NCBI GenBank assembly: GCA_964369945.1
Contig: CAYJHO010000005.1
Coordinates: 1 to 63,673 of the forward strand
Direction: 5' to 3'
Length of the DNA: 63,673 nt
Origin: an uncultured Lachnospiraceae bacterium
GTDB taxonomy: Bacteria > Bacillota > Clostridia > Lachnospirales > Lachnospiraceae
The notes beneath the pieces are model-generated. The model ran no database searches. It saw only the letters and a program-made list of their open reading frames with translations, and had not been told where the DNA came from. Below are positions 27,169 to 34,700 of this stretch, piece by piece. Each line of letters begins with the position of its first letter. The first letter of the stretch is position 1. The position numbers were made by a program, and so were the translations under genes.

Positions 27169-28260
27169 ATGAAGGAAGTTTTGAATGCCTATGACTTTAA
27201 GGGAACTGTCGTAGATTATTTTAGCTATGGAAATGGACATATTAATGATACTTACAAAGTATTAGTGCGAGATTGTGAAGGGACAGAGCTTCATTATATT
27301 ATACAAAGGATGAATCATAATGTATTTAAAGATCCGTGGGGATTAGTGAATAATATACATCAGGTAACATCCCATATTAAGAAAAAGATTGAAAAAAGAG
27401 CAGGAGATACACAAAGAGAGGTGTTGCAAATTATACCTACAAAAGAGGGGCAATTACTCTATACCAATGAAAGTGGTGAGTATTGGAGAGCGATGAATTT
27501 TATCGAAAATGCAAACTGTTTTGAAAAAGTGGAAAGGATAGAAGATTTCTATGAAAGTGCGCTTGCTTTCGGTCAGTTTCAAGCAATGCTATCAGATTTT
27601 GATGCTTCTCTCTTAACAGAAACCATTCCAGGCTTTCATAATACCAAGCAAAGATATCAGACCTTTCTAAAGGCAGTAGAGGAAGATACAAGGGGACGAG
27701 CTGCCTTAGTACAAGAAGAAATCAACTTTTTATTAGAAAGAAAAGAAGATGCTTATTATTTAAGTGAGTTATTAGAGGCAGGGAAAATTCCTCTTCGTGT
27801 AACTCATAACGATACCAAGTTGAATAATGTTATGATGGATCATAAAACTGGAAAAGGAATTTGTGTGATTGATTTAGATACGGTTATGCCAGGCTTGTCT
27901 ATCTTTGATTTCGGGGATGCTATTCGTTTTGGTGCAAACACTGGTGCAGAGGATGAAGTCGATTTAACTAAAATTAGCTGTGATCTTGAACTGTTTCATG
28001 CCTTTGCCAAAGGCTTTATGCAAGGCTGTGGGGGTAAATTGACACAGGTAGAAATTGATTTATTGCCAATGGGCGCTAAAATCATGACCTTAGAGTGTGG
28101 AATGCGCTTTCTAACGGATTATTTGCAAGGAGACGTGTACTTTAAAACACATAGAGATGGGCATAATTTAGATCGCTGTAGAACTCAGTTTGAGTTAGTG
28201 AGAGATATGGAACGTAAATGGAATACCTTATCTTCTATCATAAAAGAATTGAATATTTAA
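27169..28260 (+). CDS. N-acetylhexosamine 1-kinase-like phosphotransferase (NahK/LnpB family, APH fold)
   Basis: Long stretches match my memory of Bifidobacterium NahK: DFDASLLTETI, PLRVTHNDTKLNNVMMD, IDLDTVMPG, FDFGDAIRFGA and TLECGMRFLTDYLQGDVYF. Confidence 0.75.
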   Translation: MKEVLNAYDFKGTVVDYFSYGNGHINDTYKVLVRDCEGTELHYIIQRMNHNVFKDPWGLVNNIHQVTSHIKKKIEKRAGDTQREVLQIIPTKEGQLLYTNESGEYWRAMNFIENANCFEKVERIEDFYESALAFGQFQAMLSDFDASLLTETIPGFHNTKQRYQTFLKAVEEDTRGRAALVQEEINFLLERKEDAYYLSELLEAGKIPLRVTHNDTKLNNVMMDHKTGKGICVIDLDTVMPGLSIFDFGDAIRFGANTGAEDEVDLTKISCDLELFHAFAKGFMQGCGGKLTQVEIDLLPMGAKIMTLECGMRFLTDYLQGDVYFKTHRDGHNLDRCRTQFELVRDMERKWNTLSSIIKELNI

Positions 28261-28270
28261 AGCGATTTAA

Positions 28271-28307
28271 AAATCCATCCAGGTATAAGCCTGTGATGGA
28301 TTTTTTT
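28271..28307 (+). terminator. Intrinsic terminator
   Basis: AAATCCATC...GATGGATTT forms a stem and is followed by a T-run. Confidence 0.8.
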
Positions 28308-28382
28308 GTAAACTTATATGCATAGATTTTGCCAAAATGCAGATGCTAAAAAGAGATTATTTCAGATAACGGAGGAAAAGAA

Positions 28383-28928
28383 ATGAAGGCAACAGGCATT
28401 GTGCGTAGAATCGATGATTTAGGCAGATTAGTAATACCAAAAGAAATAAGAAGAACATTTCATATAAAAGAAGGCGATTCTATGGAAATTTTTACCAATA
28501 GAGAAGGAGAAATTGTATTAAAGAAATATTCACCCATTGGTGAAATGGGAAGCTTTGCAAAGCAGTATGCGGAAAGTTTAGCACAGGTAACAGGACATAC
28601 TGCGTTGATTGCCGATCGAGATATTTTTATTGCAGTATCGGGGACGGTAAAAGGTGCGGCAGGGAAAGAAATAAGTAAAGAATTAGAAGAAAAAATGAAC
28701 CAAAGGGATCTTGTATTTGCGAAAAAAAAGGACTCAGCTTTTATCCCTATGTGGGAAGGGATGCCAGATGAAGTAGAAGCTTTAGTAGCAGCACCCATTG
28801 TCGCTTCTGGTGATGTAGTTGGAGTAGTTGCTATTGTAAGTGGAAGTGGAAAGGAAGGAATTGCGGAAGTAGAAAAAAAGTTAGTGATGACAGCTGCAGG
28901 GTTTTTGGGTAAGCAGTTAGAACAATAA
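28383..28928 (+). CDS. spoVT: Stage V sporulation protein T (AbrB-type N-domain plus GAF-like C-domain)
   Basis: MKATGIVRRIDDLGRLVIPKEIRRTFHIKEGDSMEIF is near-identical in pattern to SpoVT. The protein is 181 aa. Confidence 0.9.
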   Translation: MKATGIVRRIDDLGRLVIPKEIRRTFHIKEGDSMEIFTNREGEIVLKKYSPIGEMGSFAKQYAESLAQVTGHTALIADRDIFIAVSGTVKGAAGKEISKELEEKMNQRDLVFAKKKDSAFIPMWEGMPDEVEALVAAPIVASGDVVGVVAIVSGSGKEGIAEVEKKLVMTAAGFLGKQLEQ

Positions 28929-28941
28929 GTAGATTAATTCC

Positions 28942-28970
28942 TTGACAGTGAAATTCGATAAGAGTAAAAT
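28942..28970 (+). promoter_or_regulatory. Sigma-A-type promoter TTGACA-N17-TAAAAT
   Basis: TTGACA lies at 28942-28947 and TAAAAT at 28965-28970, with a 17-nt spacer. It is 37 nt upstream of the YfhO ATG. Confidence 0.5.
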
Positions 28971-29006
28971 AATTAAGAATTGTCAAATGAAGGTTGAGGG
29001 ATTTTA

Positions 29007-31535
29007 ATGAATATAAAAGCATGGAAAAAGATACCAAAAGAGTTGTTGGCAAAGGAATATAAATTCCAATTTCGAACTGCATTTTTAATACCATTTCTTG
29101 TTATGGTCTTAGGGTGTATTTTGAAAGGGATGTATCCTTTTGGAAATAACTCTTTTCTACGTAGTGACTTGTATAACCAATATGTTCAGTTTTTACAAGA
29201 GTTTTATCATAAAATATGGGCAGGGGAAGCACTTGATTATAGTTTTCAGTTAGGGATTGGCTCTAGTTTTTCAGCTCTGTTTGGCTACTACTTATCTAGC
29301 CCTACCAATTGGCTGGTACTATTAGTACCAAAGGGGATGATTGTGGAGTTTATCACACTAATGACCATGATAAAAGTAGGATTGGCAGGTTTGTGTTTTA
29401 GTGTTTATATTAGCAAGAGATATCAAGTAAAGGACATAGGCATTTTGATTTTTTCTTCTGCCTATGCCTTGAGTGGTTTTCTAGCGGCCTATCAGTGGAA
29501 TATTATGTGGTTAGATGTGGTGGTACTAGCGCCTCTAGTAATATTAGCTTTAGAGAAATTGATCCATACTGGAGAAGGTAGATTCTATGGTGGAGTCTTA
29601 GCACTGGCTATATTTTCAAATTTTTATCTTAGTATTATGCTGTGTATTTTCCTTGTGGTATACTTTTTAGTTTATACCATTGGAAAACCGATTAAGATAT
29701 TCTTACTGAGAGGCTTGCAATTTGGTTGCTATTCGGCCTTAGCAGGGGCTATTAGTGGGGCACTATTATTGCCGGTATATATTGCCTTAAGTGGAACTGA
29801 GTTTCATGAATTTAACTTTCCTACAGAGCATGAATGGTATATGAACCCTTTGGAATTTATTATGAGACATGGAATGCATGTCAATATGAAGGTACAATAT
29901 GACCATTGGCCAAATGTTTATGTAGGAATCATGATATTTTTGTTAGTGCCATTATTTATTACGAATACAAGAATTTCGAAATCTGTTAAGATAAGAAAAT
30001 TGTTGCTCGTGCTTATTTTTGCCGTAAGCTTCGCTTCTAATATGCTAGATTTTATATGGCATGGAATGAACTATCCAGATAGTTTACCAGGAAGACAGGC
30101 CTTTTTGTATACCTTTGTATTATTGACCATAGGCTTTGAAGTGTATAGAAATAGACAAGAAATCAAACTATACGAAGCCATGATTAGCGTATTTTCTTCG
30201 ATTACGTTCCTTATGTTGGGGGCTGTATTTGTAGATATTGAGGGGGTAGTCGAGAATACCTTCTTGTTAAGTTTTGTATTCTGGGCTATTTATTCGGTAG
30301 CACTACTTCTTTATGTGTTAAGAAGAAATATGGGATGGAATCCAAAGCATGTTAAAATGGCTTCGATGGGGATTATTGTAATCGTTATTATTGAACTATT
30401 TACCAATCTAATGTTTACTAGCCTTAGGATTACCTATCGTGATAAGTTTTGGGACCATTATGACGGTATTGAGTTGATGACAGAGCATTTAGCGAGTAGA
30501 GATCAAGGGTTCTACCGAGTGGAATTGTTTGATCGTTTGACCAAAAATGATGGAATGATGTCGAATTTGAATACTGCTACGGTATTTTCTTCCACCATCA
30601 ATGCTAATGTCAATGAAATGTTTGATGCGCTAGGGATGGGAACAAGTAAGGTTTCTTATTGGTTTCAAGGGGCAACCCCTTTTACCAGTGCTTTATTGGG
30701 CGTAACATATATGATTGGAGATGATGATTCCTACGAAAATGATCTTTATAATATAGTTTACGAACAAGAGGAAACTTACTTGTATGAGACGGTATACTCT
30801 TTGCCAATGGCATATGCAGTAGAAGGACATATAGTAGAGAATTATGCGCTAGATGATAATACACCAATTCAAATACAAAACAATATAGTTTCTGTGCTTG
30901 GTCTAGAAGGAAAACTCTTTTCAGAAGTAGAAGCAGTAAAAGAAAATGATAGAAAGCAAGTATTTACTCCAGAAGAAAGTGGATATTACTACTTATGGTT
31001 AGGGAACAATGCTTTAACACAAGTGAATGTAACAAAGGGCGAGGAAGAAACAGAATTTAAGCAGGTTTCTTTTGATTATATCTTGGATATTGGTTACGTA
31101 GAAGCAGGTCAAGAGGTGTTACTAGAAGTAGAGAAAGAGAGCCAAGAATTTGATGTTTTCCAAATGTATCAATTGGATTTAGAGGTGCTAGATCAAGTGA
31201 TCACAACATTAGGAAAAAATCCATTGGAAATAACGGCTCATGATAGCAATAGTTTAGAAGGCCAAATTATATTAGAAGAGGCAGCGACCTTAATTGTGTC
31301 TATTCCTGTAGAAGAGGGGTGGTCTGTTTATGTGAATGAGAAAGAAGTGGTAGTAGATACCTTTTTAGACGCTTTTTTTGCTATTGACTTAGAGGCAGGA
31401 ATTTCAGAGGTAAGGTTAGAATATAAAACGCCATATGCTATGTTTGGTTGGCTTATTACGGCATTTGGGATATTCTTTTATGGAATTGCCTTTTTTGTAG
31501 AAAGAAAAAGATTTCAGAGTCAAAATAAGAAATAA
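29007..31535 (+). CDS. YfhO-family polytopic membrane glycosyltransferase-like protein
   Basis: The 842-aa ORF has an N-terminus YPFGNNSFLRSDLYNQYVQF typical of YfhO. It has many TM helices and a large C-terminal extracytoplasmic domain. Confidence 0.8.
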   Translation: MNIKAWKKIPKELLAKEYKFQFRTAFLIPFLVMVLGCILKGMYPFGNNSFLRSDLYNQYVQFLQEFYHKIWAGEALDYSFQLGIGSSFSALFGYYLSSPTNWLVLLVPKGMIVEFITLMTMIKVGLAGLCFSVYISKRYQVKDIGILIFSSAYALSGFLAAYQWNIMWLDVVVLAPLVILALEKLIHTGEGRFYGGVLALAIFSNFYLSIMLCIFLVVYFLVYTIGKPIKIFLLRGLQFGCYSALAGAISGALLLPVYIALSGTEFHEFNFPTEHEWYMNPLEFIMRHGMHVNMKVQYDHWPNVYVGIMIFLLVPLFITNTRISKSVKIRKLLLVLIFAVSFASNMLDFIWHGMNYPDSLPGRQAFLYTFVLLTIGFEVYRNRQEIKLYEAMISVFSSITFLMLGAVFVDIEGVVENTFLLSFVFWAIYSVALLLYVLRRNMGWNPKHVKMASMGIIVIVIIELFTNLMFTSLRITYRDKFWDHYDGIELMTEHLASRDQGFYRVELFDRLTKNDGMMSNLNTATVFSSTINANVNEMFDALGMGTSKVSYWFQGATPFTSALLGVTYMIGDDDSYENDLYNIVYEQEETYLYETVYSLPMAYAVEGHIVENYALDDNTPIQIQNNIVSVLGLEGKLFSEVEAVKENDRKQVFTPEESGYYYLWLGNNALTQVNVTKGEEETEFKQVSFDYILDIGYVEAGQEVLLEVEKESQEFDVFQMYQLDLEVLDQVITTLGKNPLEITAHDSNSLEGQIILEEAATLIVSIPVEEGWSVYVNEKEVVVDTFLDAFFAIDLEAGISEVRLEYKTPYAMFGWLITAFGIFFYGIAFFVERKRFQSQNKK

Positions 31536-31572
31536 GCGAATATACTAACATAAAAAGAAAATGTGAATTATT

Positions 31573-32202
31573 ATGTTAGAAATCATGATATTTGTTGTTG
31601 CCATATGCATTGACCACTTTCTAGTGAGTATTGCATATGGCGTTGCCCATATTCGAATTTCCTATAAGAGGATTCTGTTGTTAAATGCAATTTGCGTTAC
31701 TGTACTTTGTATCTGTTTGAGTTTGGGCTATGCTCTATTCTCTTATATTGAAGTAGAAACGACAAGGTGCATAGGGATTTATGCATTTTTACTGTTAGGA
31801 ACTATAAAAATGTTTGATTATAGTTTAAAGCGAATGGTACGAAGATACGAAAAAGAAGAAAAAAAGATAGCACTTTCTATTTCGAAAATTAGAATTATGG
31901 TTCAAATTTACGCAGATCCGATGAAAGCAGACCAAGATAAATCAAAAGATTTATCGGTGAGAGAAACCGTGCTATTAGCGGGAGCCATGTCCATAGATAG
32001 CGCATTGGCAGGAATGATGATAGCTACACTTGAGGTATCTGTGTGGCAACTGTTGCTATGTAGCTTTGTATTTGGGGTCCTTCTTATGTATTTGGGTTAT
32101 TATAGCGGAAGAAAAATAGGAAAAAAAATAGAGAAGGATATGAGCTTTATGAGTGGGGTGCTATTCTATTTGATAGCAGCCATGACATACTTTCTAGGAT
32201 AA
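31573..32202 (+). CDS. ytaF: Sporulation membrane protein YtaF (MntP/DUF204-like)
   Basis: The 209-aa ORF has two DUF204-like halves: AICIDHFLVSIAYG and AMSIDSALAGM. Confidence 0.65.
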   Translation: MLEIMIFVVAICIDHFLVSIAYGVAHIRISYKRILLLNAICVTVLCICLSLGYALFSYIEVETTRCIGIYAFLLLGTIKMFDYSLKRMVRRYEKEEKKIALSISKIRIMVQIYADPMKADQDKSKDLSVRETVLLAGAMSIDSALAGMMIATLEVSVWQLLLCSFVFGVLLMYLGYYSGRKIGKKIEKDMSFMSGVLFYLIAAMTYFLG

Positions 32203-32235
32203 ACATACACGGGTGTGGATGAAAGGGAAAAAATA

Positions 32236-33594
32236 ATGCAATTAGATATGACAAAGGGCGAACCAGGGAAATTGATTAGAACCTTTATAATACCTATTAT
32301 TATAGGGAATTTATGTCAACAGCTCTATAGTATGACAGATACGATTATTGTAGGAAGAACACTAGGCGTAGATGCCTTAGCAGCTGTAGGTGCTACAGGT
32401 ACCATTATGGGGGTAATGTTAGGGTTCTTGATCGGTTTTTCTGCTGGAATGGCCTTGTATTGTTCTCAGAAATTTGGTGCAAAGGACATAGAAGGATTAA
32501 AAAAAGGTGTGGGAAATACCATTGGGATATCTCTTATTTTGACTATAGTGGGTACAGGTTTAGCCGTGTTCTTTATAGAAGATATTTTACAGATTATGAA
32601 CACACCAGGAGATATTTTTGAAAGGTCTCTTTCTTATATTTCTGTGATTTGCTGGGGCTTTATATGCATGGTAGCCTATAATGTATGTGCTAGTTTACTG
32701 CGTGCAGTTGGGAACAGCAAGGCACCTTTGTATTTTCTGGTGATTTCCTCCGTTTTAAATATTGCACTAGATTTGATTTTCATTTTAATCTGTCAATGGG
32801 GAGTTGCAGGGGCTGCGCTAGCAACAGTAGTCTCACAAGGGGTATCGGCACTACTTTGTATGGGGTATATTGTGTGGAAAGTACCTATGTTACATATTTC
32901 CTTTCAGGATATTAGTTTTGATAGATCAGTGATAAAGAAGCAAATTGCTATGGGTTTACCCATGGGATTGCAGTATTCCATTATTGGTTTAGGAACGGTA
33001 ATTTTACAAAGTGCATTAAATTCACTAGGAACAGTTGCAGTAGCTGCTTATACAGCAGCCATTCGTATTGAGTGGATCGTGATTCAACCTTATCCAGCCT
33101 TAGGCATTACCATGGCAGCTTACGCCTCTCAAAACAAAGGAAGTGGCAATATGGAAAGAATTCATGCAGGAGTAAAGAAGGCACTACAGTACAATATTGG
33201 GTATTCTTTGCTAGCTATGGCAGCAGTTAACTTCTTTCTCCCTTATTTATTGCCTGTCTTTGTAGAGGGGGATATTACAGAGTTATTAGGATATGCTAGA
33301 ACCTTTACCTTTGTGGATAGTTTGTGTTATTTACCTCTTGGCTGTATTTTCTTATATCGAGAAACCTTGCAGGGAGTAGGAAAGAGCTTGTATCCTATGA
33401 TGAGTGGTGTATTAGAATTGGTGAGTAGAATTTTGTTAGCAGTATTAGCCGCTAAATATGCTAGTTTTTTCTTAGTATGTCTAGCAAATGGCGGAACATG
33501 GATCGTAACCGCCATTTTCTTAGGACTTTGTTATTATGTGGTTCTTTATCGAAAATTTAAGACTAGCACTTCGTTTGACAAGATTGGCGAATGA
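32236..33594 (+). CDS. MATE family efflux transporter
   Basis: It has 12 TM segments with PIIIGNLCQQLYSMTDTIIVGR and GVAGAALATVVSQ. I prefer the ATG at 32236 to the GTG at 32215. Confidence 0.85.
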   Translation: MQLDMTKGEPGKLIRTFIIPIIIGNLCQQLYSMTDTIIVGRTLGVDALAAVGATGTIMGVMLGFLIGFSAGMALYCSQKFGAKDIEGLKKGVGNTIGISLILTIVGTGLAVFFIEDILQIMNTPGDIFERSLSYISVICWGFICMVAYNVCASLLRAVGNSKAPLYFLVISSVLNIALDLIFILICQWGVAGAALATVVSQGVSALLCMGYIVWKVPMLHISFQDISFDRSVIKKQIAMGLPMGLQYSIIGLGTVILQSALNSLGTVAVAAYTAAIRIEWIVIQPYPALGITMAAYASQNKGSGNMERIHAGVKKALQYNIGYSLLAMAAVNFFLPYLLPVFVEGDITELLGYARTFTFVDSLCYLPLGCIFLYRETLQGVGKSLYPMMSGVLELVSRILLAVLAAKYASFFLVCLANGGTWIVTAIFLGLCYYVVLYRKFKTSTSFDKIGE

Positions 33595-34555
33595 TAAGTT
33601 GTGTCGTTGTTTTTTCACTGGAGACTTCTTTGTCCTCTATCATATTTACCAGATTTCGAATGGCTTTTTTGCCTAATTCTAATAAATTGGAATCAACGGT
33701 AGATAGAGAGGGGCTAAAGTAGGCTCCTTTTTCTATATTGTCAAAGCCTATGATATTTATGTCACTTGGCACCTCAAATCCAGTATCTCTAAGAGCACGA
33801 ATCGCACCAATAGCAGTAGAATCATTAGCACAGACAAAAGCATCAGGTAGCTCTTGTTTACGAGAAAGAAAAGAACGAATGGCATCGTAGCCGCCTTGTT
33901 CTGAATAGAAACCGTGAAGTTCATATTCTGGCTGCGAATAAAGCTTGGATTCTGCAAGGGCGCTAAGGTACCCTGCATAGCGTTCCTTTTCATCGTAGTT
34001 GGTAGTGTGTCCATGGATGTAGCCTATTTTTTGATATCCTAAATCAATGAAATAGCGAGTAGCCTGCTTGATTCCTTCAAAGTTATCAATGACCACACTT
34101 CTCAAATTACCATCCTCTACCTCTCGATCTAGAAATAGAATGGGTGTTTTTGTATTTTTCAAAGAAATCATATGCTCTGTTGTAATTGTTTCATTGAGAA
34201 CCACAGCACCATCAATATTGTTCCCTAATATAGAGCGATAAGAATCTTCAGGCTGTGCTTGATTGCTAAGAAAGATAGTGAGTCCATAACCAAGAAGCGT
34301 AGCTTCTGCATGCATAGCGTGGAGAACTGTGCTATAGAAGGCTCCTGAGACATTGGTTAGGAAAACTCCAATAACATTCGTTTTGGCTTGTTTCAAAAAC
34401 TTTCCACTTAGATTGGGAATATAATTTAGGCGTTTGATTACTTCTTCAATATGCGCTTTTGTATCGGGGCTTACTACGTTAACTCCATTGATTACATTAG
34501 ATACAGTAGAAATTGCGACTCCTGCTTCTCTTGCCACGTCCTTGATGGTTACCAT
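33563..34555 (-). CDS. LacI-family transcriptional regulator
   Basis: The helix-turn-helix is MVTIKDVAREAGVAISTVSNVING. A periplasmic-binding-fold C-domain follows. The start is set at the ATG at 34555. Confidence 0.85.
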   Translation of the reverse strand: MVTIKDVAREAGVAISTVSNVINGVNVVSPDTKAHIEEVIKRLNYIPNLSGKFLKQAKTNVIGVFLTNVSGAFYSTVLHAMHAEATLLGYGLTIFLSNQAQPEDSYRSILGNNIDGAVVLNETITTEHMISLKNTKTPILFLDREVEDGNLRSVVIDNFEGIKQATRYFIDLGYQKIGYIHGHTTNYDEKERYAGYLSALAESKLYSQPEYELHGFYSEQGGYDAIRSFLSRKQELPDAFVCANDSTAIGAIRALRDTGFEVPSDINIIGFDNIEKGAYFSPSLSTVDSNLLELGKKAIRNLVNMIEDKEVSSEKTTTQLIIRQSCQTKC

Positions 34556-34637
34556 AATCTTCTCCTTCGAATAAAAATATAACATGATTTTAGCATATGA
34601 GAAATAAAAAAACAATGAAGGAAATGAAAAAGCCCTC

Positions 34638-34688
34638 TTGACATTTTAGGGAATCATGATAATATAAGTGTAAATAAAAACGTTTTTA
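34638..34688 (+). promoter_or_regulatory. Promoter (TTGACA-N16-TAATAT with upstream TG) followed by the perfect 14-bp palindrome TAAAAACGTTTTTA
   Basis: TTGACA lies at 34638-34643 and TGATAATAT at 34657-34665. The palindrome with a central CG lies at 34675-34688, between the -10 element and the GH3 RBS. It is divergent from the LacI-family gene. Confidence 0.55.
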
Positions 34689-34700
34689 GTGGAGGATGCT

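Noticed and set aside
27169-28260. The APH-fold kinase next to cobD as the missing L-threonine kinase of the cobalamin pathway (a PduX/BluE analogue).
   Set aside because: Its motifs match N-acetylhexosamine 1-kinase (NahK) very closely along the whole length, so a sugar kinase is much more likely. The adjacency to cobD is probably coincidental.
33563-33594. A 32-bp overlap of the convergent MATE and LacI-family genes with no terminator between them.
   Set aside because: It is real in the sequence but unremarkable. The C-terminal tails of both proteins are non-conserved, and such overlaps are common in compact genomes.
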